A stretch of DNA of 63,845 nt, filler included, from Rhizaria sp. SCN 62-66 (lineage: Eukaryota): the NCBI GenBank assembly GCA_001724265.1. It is 3 parts of 3 records of this genome, joined end to end, with 100 filler letters (N's around TTAATTAATTAA, not from the genome) between each part and the next. Parts side by side here need not be neighbours in the genome. Positions count along the whole stretch, not along the records: positions 31,162 to 51,296 come from MEDY01000460.1; 2 more parts are not named here. One strand, written 5' to 3'. The notes under the pieces were generated by a model that searched no databases, was not told where the DNA came from, and saw nothing but the letters and a program-made list of their open reading frames with translations. Position 1 is the stretch's first letter. The number at the start of each line of letters is the position of its first letter. Made by a program: the position numbers and the translations under genes. Shown here piece after piece: positions 36,155 through 46,041 of this stretch.

Positions 36155-38680
36155 ATGCTAGGGCGCTCAGTGTCTACTGTTTTACGCGGGGCCTCTTGGG
36201 CCGCGCGCTCCGGGTGCGCTATTGCTCCTACAGCGCCCCGCACTCCGTTCGCCACGAACGCGAGCAGTCCTGCCCCAAGCGCCAGCGCAAGTGGCAGCGA
36301 CAACTCTGAGCCTAAGCCGGCCGCCGCTGGGCCCGCGCCGTACAACCCGCACGGCATCAATCACGACGACATTTTCTTCCCGGCCGAGGAAACCGCTGAC
36401 CGCAAGACCCCAGAGTATATCGCGACTGCGATGAAGCACTCCGAGGGTCTGTCACCGGCTATCCACACGGCTGCCAAGATCGTCTCCACGTCTGACGTCG
36501 CCCTGGGCTTCTCCGCGGGCACCAAGAAGCCCGTGCGCGGGACGATGACCGAGGACGAGCGCGCCAAGTGGGCGAGCATCATCGACCGCGCGCGCTCCGC
36601 CTCAGAGCGCGGCAACCGCGCCGCGCTGCAAGCCATCTACGAAGAAGCGGGCGTTCCGCCCGTCGCGCCCGACGGCACCGCCGCCGCGTCTGCGATGGAC
36701 CGCGAGAACGCCGGCCGCGCGCCCATGCCGCGCGGCTTCTCTATGCAGACGCCCGTCGACCCCACCGAGGGCATCCCTGAGGCGTTTCTCACCCGCGAGC
36801 TCCGCGACCTCGCCCCGCTGTACAAGATCATCAACGAGCAGTGGAATCGCTCCTCCCCCGCCGCGCAGGCGCCGCGCGTGTCATCGGGCCGCCTCTCGCA
36901 GGTCGACCTGTGGACCGCGCTGGTGCACCTGCAGGACGGCTCGCTGTCCCCACAGGCCGTGCTTGACCGCTACCGCGTCCGACTGGCGACGATGGGACAC
37001 TCGCGCGGGCCCGAGGACGAGGGACGGCTGGACGACTCGGCCGCCGCGCTGGCGGACTTCGAGGCGTTTTCGCAGAGCATGGAGGCGGATGACATGTCGC
37101 CGTTCTACCACCAGCCCGCGGACTACCATCCGCCGCGGTCGACGCTGGAGCCGGGACCCAAGACCGTCGCGGAGGCAGAGGAGCTCGAACGCCAGCAGCT
37201 CGCCGCCGCCGCCGCCGCCGCCACCGCCGCCGCCGAGAACAAGGACCAGACCGACACCGCCAACACTACAACTGCTGTTGCGACGGGCGATGCGGCGAAT
37301 ACTCCTCAGACTGCCGAGGGTGGTTTCGGCCCCCGGTCGGCGCTCACCGCTGCCCAGCGCGAGCAAAACCTCGCCGACGAAGCGTACCGCGCACAGTTCT
37401 CCGCCCGCATTGAGGAGTTTTACGCCACGCGCCTCTCCGTGTTTGACCGCCTGCGGTTCCTGCGACTGGTGGACATTTTTTCGGTCCACCACCCGGCACT
37501 GGGCCGGCTGATGCGCGGCGAGCGCGTGGACGACGACACGCACGCGCTCGAGCGCGGGCTGCTCCGCGTCATCTTCCACCTCGTGCGCGCCAAGGAACTC
37601 ACTGAAGCCGAGCTGGACTTCTTCTCAGGCACGATGCGCCGGCTGATGAACCACGCTGCTCCGGGGTCGTCAATGCCGCTCGGCGACCGCGTCTTTTTCG
37701 CGAACGAAGGCGCCCCGCTGTCGGACCTCTCGCGCCAGCACCAGGAGCGGCTGCGGCGCTTCGGCGTGCCGGAGTACGCCCGCTCGTCCGCCGGCGTCGC
37801 CCCGCTGCCCACAGTCATCCGCAACCCCGGCCGCGATCGTGATGCGGCCGACGCGCAGGCGCGGGCCGCGGGACGCGCGCTGCCCGGTTCGCCCTACGCG
37901 CTCGCCACGGGCACGGACGTGACGCCCACGCCGTTCCTCGTCCGTTCGCTGTATGCGGGCGCGCTGTCGGCCCCGCTTGTGCAGGCGGCGTCGAAGGACG
38001 ATCCGGCTGTTGCGGCGAGCTTTGCCGCGTTTCCGGCCGAAGTGATGGAGATGACGGCCAAGTATCTGCGCGTGCCGTGGCTTGTTGAGTCCGTGGTCGA
38101 AGTGCAAGGCACTGTACGCACTTTACACGCCGTGATCAACCCCGAACAAGTCCCACGCGAGCGCCGTGGTCGCGTGGAGCGGCTTAACTTCGGCAACATC
38201 ATCCGCACTGCTGACTCAGCGGACACCAACGTCGTCGGCTCCTCGCAGTCTGTCGAGGCTGGCACGGGCGCCAACATCCGCGCCCCGAAGCGCACGGACG
38301 ACAACACGGTGCACGCGCTCAAGGATAAGTTCAAGCTCGAGTTCCAGCGCGCGGCGAGTGAGACGATGGCGCAGGTCGGCGCGTGGACGGCTCCGGCCAC
38401 GGAGCGCGCGCGCGAGCTGGAGGATAAGGTGTGGCAGCAGATCCAGCGCCACGGGCGCGGTGGCAACGCGGCGGCCGACGCGGCGACGGCGGCTGGCGAG
38501 GAGATTAAGGAGCGGCCTGAGTACGTGCGTGCGGTTGATGACGCGGAGGCTGAGATGCTGCAACAGCCGGATCTATTCGGCGGGCCGCGTGCGGTGAAGC
38601 TGTACCTGGAGAAGCTGGATCAGCTGCAACGGGACCGTGATTTGGCGGACAAGCAGGCTCGTGAGCGCGATGGCAAGTGA
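36155..38680 (+). CDS. Hypothetical protein (841 aa) with mitochondrial presequence-like N-terminus
   Basis: Long intronless ORF with coding-type codon use. The N-terminus MLGRSVSTVLRGASWAARSG is R/S/A-rich and lacks acidic residues. Ends in TGA. Confidence 0.8.
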   Translation: MLGRSVSTVLRGASWAARSGCAIAPTAPRTPFATNASSPAPSASASGSDNSEPKPAAAGPAPYNPHGINHDDIFFPAEETADRKTPEYIATAMKHSEGLSPAIHTAAKIVSTSDVALGFSAGTKKPVRGTMTEDERAKWASIIDRARSASERGNRAALQAIYEEAGVPPVAPDGTAAASAMDRENAGRAPMPRGFSMQTPVDPTEGIPEAFLTRELRDLAPLYKIINEQWNRSSPAAQAPRVSSGRLSQVDLWTALVHLQDGSLSPQAVLDRYRVRLATMGHSRGPEDEGRLDDSAAALADFEAFSQSMEADDMSPFYHQPADYHPPRSTLEPGPKTVAEAEELERQQLAAAAAAATAAAENKDQTDTANTTTAVATGDAANTPQTAEGGFGPRSALTAAQREQNLADEAYRAQFSARIEEFYATRLSVFDRLRFLRLVDIFSVHHPALGRLMRGERVDDDTHALERGLLRVIFHLVRAKELTEAELDFFSGTMRRLMNHAAPGSSMPLGDRVFFANEGAPLSDLSRQHQERLRRFGVPEYARSSAGVAPLPTVIRNPGRDRDAADAQARAAGRALPGSPYALATGTDVTPTPFLVRSLYAGALSAPLVQAASKDDPAVAASFAAFPAEVMEMTAKYLRVPWLVESVVEVQGTVRTLHAVINPEQVPRERRGRVERLNFGNIIRTADSADTNVVGSSQSVEAGTGANIRAPKRTDDNTVHALKDKFKLEFQRAASETMAQVGAWTAPATERARELEDKVWQQIQRHGRGGNAAADAATAAGEEIKERPEYVRAVDDAEAEMLQQPDLFGGPRAVKLYLEKLDQLQRDRDLADKQARERDGK

Positions 38681-39757
38681 AGAGCACTTAGTGAGCTTTT
38701 CTGTGGCATCGTGTTTCGACGCAATTCTAACTTATTAATGTTATTATCAAAGTGATATTCGAGGTATTTAACATGAAAATTTGTATTTGTGGTAGTGAAG
38801 CGAACGTTGTAATCATCCAATAGTCTGGTTGGCTGGTTAGTGCATGTGACAGCAAATTTGGCCGCGGCCTGTGAGTTGCACAGATAGGGCCATATTTTAT
38901 ATAAATAAACACACTCTCGATGTTGCCGATCATACACCGAACCATATTTAAGCCATAGAAAAGACGCAATCTCACCGGCCACTTGAGGACGCACAAAACA
39001 TCAAACACCTTGACCTCAAATTGTCATCTTCATCGTCGTCACTCGTCTTGTTGACAGTGTCCGCACCCCTCGCATCCTTATCCTGCACGCTGCTGCCGCT
39101 GCTGCTGCTACTGCTGCTGCTGCTACAGTTGCCGTAGACGGCTGAGGGCGGCTAGTGGGGCCACTCGAGCGCGGACATAATCGTCAGCATCATGGCCACC
39201 AGCATCAGGCGCTTGATCTCGGCTCACAGCCGCAGCTGCAGCACGTCAGACCGACAACGTCTTATTTGGCTGCACGACAGACTTCACAACAATGTGATAC
39301 GCATCTCCAGCCTGATGGGTCGGAGACCGCTTGTTACTGTCCCCAAGAAGCTGCAATACAAACGGATAGATCCAGGCAAGCATTTGCTGGGGTGAGAGAG
39401 TCTAGCCCCATGGAAAATCTGAATCGCACGTTTCTCATCCAGCGTCGTCAAATCGGTATGTGTTGCGCACGCAGTATCACCAATAGTGGAGATGCCATCA
39501 CTCGACGAGACCATGGGAAACACAGGGGAGCCACAGGGTGGTTGTCAAAAAGTTTCTATTTAAGAAGCGATATGTCACACTAGCCTGCGCCAGCTACGAC
39601 GGACCGATGGGCACTGCCAATAATTTATAGCGGAAGTACTCGCGTGCATCTTAAGTTAACAATCGATGCGCGCTCTGTGACAAGGCAAAGCAATCGCCGC
39701 TGAGGAGCAGCGCCTGCTGTCCGTGCTGGCGCGTGTGCGTCTGTATGCGGGTTTGAC

Positions 39758-40828
39758 TCAACGCGGGCGTCCGCGGCCACTGCCCGCACTACCGGTTCCA
39801 CCGACAGCCTCACCGAGCGCGGCTGAGGACGACGCCGACAGTCCAGTGCCACCGCTGCTACTGCTACTGGGGCTCGCGAGTGAATGCGACTGCGCATGCG
39901 CACTCAACGCGCCATTATTACCGTGCGCACCGCTGGCGCTAGCGGCGTTTGCGTTGACTGCCGCAGCGGCGTGCGCGGCATCGTCGGCCGCGGCCTGCGC
40001 CTCCTCCGCCGCCCTCGCGGCAACGACAGCCGCCGTGGCCATCGCGTCCGAGTACGCCGTGAGCGCTGCGGACGCAGCGACGGACGCTGCGGAGGCCGTG
40101 GCGGCGGCGACGTCGCGCGCGCGGGCCGAGACGCCGGGCAGCGCGTCCGTGATGCCCCAGTGCACGGCGTCGTAGGACCGCGTGACTACGGCGACGGAGA
40201 CAGTCGCGGCGTTGCGCAAGAGGCCGAGAAGCCCGCCGGTGCTTTCCTCGTCTGCAACCAGAGCACCGGCGCGGGCGACGGCGTCAGCGGCCGCAGCGGC
40301 GTCGGCGTCGCTGCCGGCGGATACTGACGAGGCGCGTTTGCGACCGCGCCAGGCCCAGCGGAGCAGCGCGAGTGCGTTTGCCATGACGCTCTGCTGCCGG
40401 TCGTAGACGCCGTCGATTACGCTGGGGTCATCGTACACGGCGTAGGCGACGCGCGCGCCCAGCACGACGGCCGCCGCGGTGGCGAGCCCGGTGAGCGCGG
40501 CGTAGCGGCGACGCCAGGCCACGCGGTCCACCGTGCGTTCCTCTGGGTCAGGCCAACAGAGCGCGCCGGGGACGGCGGCGGGGAGGTAGGTCGCGCTCAG
40601 GGCCTCTGCACTGGGGAGGTCGGCGCGGCAAGGGCTGGCAAGCGGCGGAGCGGCGCGCGCGAAAAGCGGCGCGCGCGGGGCCTCGAGGGGGACGTCGGCG
40701 GTGAAGCCTTCGGAGTGGTGTAAGGGGGTGAGGACGCGGGCGCTGTCGGCGCGGCTGCTGGAGAAGCGCCGCTCGTAGTAGTCTTCGTCGTCGTACTCGT
40801 CGTCGTAGTAGAAAGAACCGTCGGACAT
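39758..40828 (-). CDS. Hypothetical protein with a putative transmembrane segment
   Basis: GC-rich ORF from MSDGSFYYDD with the hydrophobic stretch YAALTGLATAAAVVLGARVAYAVY. Ends in TGA. Confidence 0.65.
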   Translation of the reverse strand: MSDGSFYYDDEYDDEDYYERRFSSSRADSARVLTPLHHSEGFTADVPLEAPRAPLFARAAPPLASPCRADLPSAEALSATYLPAAVPGALCWPDPEERTVDRVAWRRRYAALTGLATAAAVVLGARVAYAVYDDPSVIDGVYDRQQSVMANALALLRWAWRGRKRASSVSAGSDADAAAAADAVARAGALVADEESTGGLLGLLRNAATVSVAVVTRSYDAVHWGITDALPGVSARARDVAAATASAASVAASAALTAYSDAMATAAVVAARAAEEAQAAADDAAHAAAAVNANAASASGAHGNNGALSAHAQSHSLASPSSSSSGGTGLSASSSAALGEAVGGTGSAGSGRGRPR

Positions 40829-41301
40829 TATCGTACGCGTCGCGCAGAGCACGCTGGTCTGATAGGCGAGATGGTGGAGGGGACTGGGCGGAAAATAGGA
40901 AACCGGTGTGGGAGTGAACGTGAGGGTCTCGAAGTTCGAACGTTTATGAATGTCTGCACAGAGTTACATTGTCCGTCAAGGGGTCCCTCATAATGGTATA
41001 ATAGCTGCTGAATATGTTTCTATATTATATCATTACAGCATTATGGAATCGTCTTTCGGCATGCTTCATCGTATGTTGACAAGAAAGTGACGGGTGGGCT
41101 GTGACCCAAGCCGCAAACGGTTCTCTGTCAAAACAGCATTGACCTGCCCTGACTCGCAATATCATTGCTAATTGAGATCTGAACGTGCGTTCTAGATATT
41201 TAACGCTGCAAGGTGTTGTATGCTTACACTTAATGTCTACCAATCACCTTTATTGCTCCTGTATTCCCAGAACACCGGGTACGGCTGTTTTCCGCTTCTT
41301 C

Positions 41302-44202
41302 ATGTCAACTACAGCGCCCGCGATCGTTTTCCCAGACTGTTTCGATGACAGCACTGGCGCTGACCAGGATACCAACGCTGTACAAGTGAATATCTCTGAT
41401 TCCGAGTCGGCGGCCACTAGAGCGTCCCGCAAACGCACTCGCGACGCCTCAGGCGACGCCGCCTCGCCCTCGCTGACGGCCCGCGGCGCGCCGGCCTCCC
41501 GCGCCACTGCGAGCCCCGTCGGCCCGTCGGTACCGTCTGCGGACGACCTGGCCCAACTGCCGCAGCCTTCCGCCACGGACAGCGCCCGCGCGAGCCCCGC
41601 CGCCGCTGCTGCTGCTGCTGCTGCTGCTTCTGACTCTGCGCAAAGCACTTTTGCGAGGAGCATCAGCAAAGACTCCAGTGACTCTTCAGACTCGGAATCG
41701 GACTCTTCTGATTCTGATTCTGACTCGGACTCGGATGGCGACAGCAGCGACTCTGACGCCGATGACGTCGCCGCGCCTGTGTTCCCAGTCCGCGTTCTGC
41801 CCGCGTCCGCAATCGCCCCCAGCGCGCCCGCAGTCTCAGCCACCACGACCGCCACCATGAGTACCGCAGTTGTCCCTTCCACTGCGTCCTCGGTGTGCGG
41901 GTCGTGCGGCGGTGAAGCGCGGTACTCATGCCCCGCGTGCCGCGCACGCTCCTGTTCCGCCGCCTGCGTCCAGCGACACAAGGCTTCCACAGGCTGCTCC
42001 GGCCGCCGCGCTGCGTCGACCTACGTGCCCCTGCGGTCGATGGACGCTGCGACGCTGGAGAAAGACTTGGCGTTCCTCACGGCCGTCACCAACGCCGCCG
42101 GCGCCGCGTACCGCGACGCGCGCGTGGCGGCGACGTCGGCGGCCGCTCTCCCGGCCCGTTTGCGGCATCTGCTCCAGCATGCGGCGCTGCGCGGCACCCC
42201 GTTGCAGTTGTCGCCAGCTGGGATGCGCGACCGCGAGCGCAACGCGTCGCAGTACTCACCGAAGGATAAGCTGCTTTTCTGGACTGTAGAGCTGGTGTTC
42301 TTGTCGGCGCTGTGTGCTGAACCCAGTGAAGACGACTTTGTGCCCGCGCACCCCCGTATCCTCTCACAGTCAAACTCACAGGCGCAGGCGCAGACGAAGT
42401 TGCAGGTGGCGATGTCCGGCGACGGCGCCGCGGTGCGCGTGCGCGACACAACCACGCTTGCCGATGTACCTAGCGCTGCCAAAACCTCTCACAGGCACTC
42501 CGCTGCTGACGCTGACGGCGACGGCGATGATACTGCCAACGCTAAGGCTGAGAGCGATGGGAGTCAGGGCCCCGCTGCGGTGCGCGTCGTCGGCGGCGGC
42601 AGCGCGGCGGCGGTGTTGGCCACGGGCGTCCCCCGGCGGCCGCCGAAGCACGCTGCGTTCCTGCTGCCTGTGCCCGCGCCAGAGTGCGCGACGTGGGCAG
42701 AGTGTCTCGACCACATGCTGCTCCGCGCTGCGCCGCCGCTCCGCGCGCCAACGCCTCCCACCGGCGCTGGCAATGGCGCGACTGCGGGCGCTGGTAATGG
42801 CGGACAGCAGCAGCAGCAGGGTGGCAAAGGGAAGGGCAAGGGTAAGCATCAACAGCAGCAGCAACATAAGCAACATCAGCAACAGCAACAACATGGCAAC
42901 GCTGACAATGCTGACAATGCTAGTCAAAAGCAGTCCGTCGCTGTTGACATCGTTGCGCTGACCGCAGTTCCTGGCTCTGGCTCGAGCGACGCAGTGGCAT
43001 TTGCCGACGCCTCTGTCGACTCCGACGCGAAGGCCGCTGCTTCCCGCGCAACTGAGAGCGCCACCGGCACAGTCGCTGAGACGGCGGTTGCGATTGCTGC
43101 CGCCGTTGTGCCGGCTGAGACACTAGCCGCGACTGTGGCTGTGCAGAGCGTCTGCCAGGCTCAACAGCAGCATCACGGCAAAGCGAGAGCTGATGCTGCC
43201 GCGCTTGCTGCTGTCGTCAGTCCAGTCGCCGCGCCCGCGGTCGCAGCCACCGCTGCCGCAGCCAGTAACAGCACCGATACTAACATCAACAAGACCTCCG
43301 ACACCAACATCAAGAACAACGGTAAGAACCATGCTTACGCAAACGTTGGTGGTGCAGGAGGCAAGTACACCCGCCCCCGCGCTCCTCACGGCAGCAGCGC
43401 TGGGAACACCGCGGCGGCCGCTCCTGTCGGCGGCTTTGTTCCCGGCGCGCCCACTGCGCCGCTGAACAACTCGACTCTGCGTTATTTGCTCGCGCCGTAC
43501 GCTAAGACTCACTCGCGCTACCGCAAGGCAGAGGCCGCCGCTGCTGCTACTTCGGCTGGCGCTGTTGCCACCGCCGGCGCCGGCATTGTCACAGCTGCTG
43601 ACGCGATCGAGTCCCTAACTGAGACTGCGACCGAGTCAGCGAGCGAGACCGCGACTGCGGTTGTAGCACCGACGGCTGGCGACTCGACGCCCATCGAGGT
43701 TGACACGGCAACTGCTGGGTCCTCTGCCGCTGGTGTCAAGGCAACTGCGACTGCTTCAGCGCCTGTCGCTGCTCTGCGCGTGTTCTTGCGTCTCCGCTCC
43801 GCAGCCAACGACCCCCTGTTCGCCGAATTCCCCCTGTCGGCGACCGTGGGATCGAGCCTCCGCGGTGCCGCTTTGAGCGACTTCCCCCGCGTTTACATCG
43901 CTTTGCCGGATTCTGAGGCACAGCGATACGAGGGCGCACTCGCGGCGGTCAACGACGCTGCGCTGCGGCCCAGTGAAGGGGCGCCGCCGCTGCGGGAGGC
44001 GCCGGTGCAGTCGTTTACCCCTGTGTCTATCGTCAGCTCGACTGGTATCGCCGGTGAGGGTGATGGTGAGGGCGCTGGCGCGGCGCAGGCGAGAGGCAGA
44101 GGCGGTAGAGTGGGCGCAAGTGGCTGCAAAGACGACGACGACGACGATGATGATGACGATGAGGGCGCAGAGGATGTGCTGGCGTGGGTCACTCAGCGGT
44201 GA
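41302..44202 (+). CDS. ZNHIT6: Box C/D snoRNA protein 1 (zf-HIT protein ZNHIT6/Bcd1)
   Basis: The zf-HIT CGSCGGEARYSCPACRARSCSAACVQRHKASTGCSGRR is followed by YVPLRSMDAATLEKDLAFL, GMRDRERNASQY..DKLLFWTVE and C-terminal SLRGAALSDFPRVYI. Ends in TGA. Confidence 0.88.
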   Translation: MSTTAPAIVFPDCFDDSTGADQDTNAVQVNISDSESAATRASRKRTRDASGDAASPSLTARGAPASRATASPVGPSVPSADDLAQLPQPSATDSARASPAAAAAAAAAASDSAQSTFARSISKDSSDSSDSESDSSDSDSDSDSDGDSSDSDADDVAAPVFPVRVLPASAIAPSAPAVSATTTATMSTAVVPSTASSVCGSCGGEARYSCPACRARSCSAACVQRHKASTGCSGRRAASTYVPLRSMDAATLEKDLAFLTAVTNAAGAAYRDARVAATSAAALPARLRHLLQHAALRGTPLQLSPAGMRDRERNASQYSPKDKLLFWTVELVFLSALCAEPSEDDFVPAHPRILSQSNSQAQAQTKLQVAMSGDGAAVRVRDTTTLADVPSAAKTSHRHSAADADGDGDDTANAKAESDGSQGPAAVRVVGGGSAAAVLATGVPRRPPKHAAFLLPVPAPECATWAECLDHMLLRAAPPLRAPTPPTGAGNGATAGAGNGGQQQQQGGKGKGKGKHQQQQQHKQHQQQQQHGNADNADNASQKQSVAVDIVALTAVPGSGSSDAVAFADASVDSDAKAAASRATESATGTVAETAVAIAAAVVPAETLAATVAVQSVCQAQQQHHGKARADAAALAAVVSPVAAPAVAATAAAASNSTDTNINKTSDTNIKNNGKNHAYANVGGAGGKYTRPRAPHGSSAGNTAAAAPVGGFVPGAPTAPLNNSTLRYLLAPYAKTHSRYRKAEAAAAATSAGAVATAGAGIVTAADAIESLTETATESASETATAVVAPTAGDSTPIEVDTATAGSSAAGVKATATASAPVAALRVFLRLRSAANDPLFAEFPLSATVGSSLRGAALSDFPRVYIALPDSEAQRYEGALAAVNDAALRPSEGAPPLREAPVQSFTPVSIVSSTGIAGEGDGEGAGAAQARGRGGRVGASGCKDDDDDDDDDDEGAEDVLAWVTQR

Positions 44203-44518
44203 GCAGCTTATCAACACGACAAGCGCGCTTTATGAACACGATATGCGAGCACAATAATTTGCGCTATTTTGAAGATGAAATTACATCTTTAAAGACAGTG
44301 ATCAAACATTATTAATAATAGACATTAGCCAATCAATTCAGTCTTGTAAATAATTTAATGTATATTGTTCGCGCATCGACTAGTTATTCAGTGTGTATTA
44401 TTTGTTATCTTGCCATGACACCGCACAGAAACTCCCTGCACAGTGCACGACAGTTGATTTTGACTCCTCAAGGAAGTGATGTTGCCGTGCTCACACACAG
44501 CGCAATCGTACGGCGTAC

Positions 44519-44930
44519 TTACGCTTGGATGGCGCGGACGGCCTTGGCGCGGGAAGCGAAGTCGTGCAGGTCGGTGGCGACGACGAGGGTCTTGTCGCCA
44601 GCGTTGCACTTGTCAAGAGTGGCGTAGACGAGAGCGATGATCTTGTCCTGCTCTTCAACGGCCATGGTGAAGATCTCCTTGTCCTTGAGGCCCTCGGCGT
44701 TGAGCGCGGGGCGGTTCAGGGCGAGCACGTTGCCGTTGACTACGGACAAGCGCAAGGAGCGAGCAAAAGTAGCATACGAGAAGGCGAGGGAGAGAAGAAA
44801 GTTCCGAAAGACAGAGTGAGTTGGGGGCGATCTGGAAAGACATGCAGATTGTTGCACAAAAGTATGAAACCGTTTGGTGAGATTGCGGTGCGTACGTACC
44901 GATCTGGATGTACTTGGACTCGGTGGACAT
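44519..44930 (-). CDS. Small (83 aa) unknown protein with highly biased codon usage
   Basis: Exons 44930-44900 and 44739-44519 (GTACGT..TAG intron) give MSTESKYIQIVNGNVLALNRPALNAEGLKDKEIFTMAVEEQDKIIALVYATLDKCNAGDKTLVVATDLHDFASRAKAVRAIQA. Ends in TAA. Confidence 0.7.
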
Positions 44931-46041
44931 GGTAAAGTTTGTCTGCGGCATAAGGAAGAAAGCACAAGAGATCGAGAAGAGTGGTCACGAAGAGGAGTCA
45001 ACACGATTGAAAGGCAAAACATAAAGAGGATACACGAGAGCATATTGTACACCGCGACGTCATATCGTTGCAAAGTATACCCCATGTCCAGAGTCACCAG
45101 ACCCTCGCCGAGGAAGTTGAGGAGGTAAGTGAAATCGTCCAGCAAGCCTTGCAAGAAGGAGTTCCAGAAGACTGCCACAATATGCATAGTGAAATACAGT
45201 CACAGTAAATGCACGACAAAACGCATTATGCTGATTCGTCATGCTAACTATCCTAATTAATGCACTCATGTGCTGCTCCGAGCAGGAAAATAACAAATAG
45301 CGCCATGACCCAAGACGGAAGAGTGCAGCCGCGTCGGGACATGCTCACGAGCTAGAGCGCACTTGATTCGTAATGCCTCAAAAGTGAATGACACAAATAC
45401 ATATGGTAATATATGGGAGCATTATCGCATATGTAGTGACGGATCGTATGAAGGTGAATTGAGAGCCAAAAATCGGCGAGTCCGCACATAGTTGCCGAAC
45501 AAGAGGTTCGCAAAAAACCTAAATGAATTGCTGTCGGGAGAGCAGAAACGGATTTGAAAAAATAGCCCAAAGCTCCTCTAAGAGGCCGTAAGAGAGGTTG
45601 TTCTTGAAATGAGCACGTCGATATGCGCGCATATTATCACTTAAATGTTGTTGCGTCAAGTTGAGGTCGCTGTGCTTCCCGTTGGCCATGCCTTTTGAAC
45701 TGCTCAAAGCTCTGCTGCTGTGACCGGGCGCCAGCTTGCCAGGTCCGCTCCAGTCCCATGAGCGTGCTTATTTACTAAACATAGGATACTACAGTATATT
45801 TTGGACGACGTTTTATGACAACACGGATGCCGCTTGCAACGTAAACCTTCGTATCTTGACTGCACAACCATCAAAGAATCCCAGCCGTTATTGCCCCCCC
45901 TTGACTGTAGACTAACATTCTCTTTCCCTGTCTGTTTGTTTCTCCCCATGTTTAGCGTTCTTCTCTCGCACCGCTCTCACCCTTGCGCGCCCCGCCAGAG
46001 CAGAGAACCAGGTACCGCCAGAGACCGCACGCACTCACACC

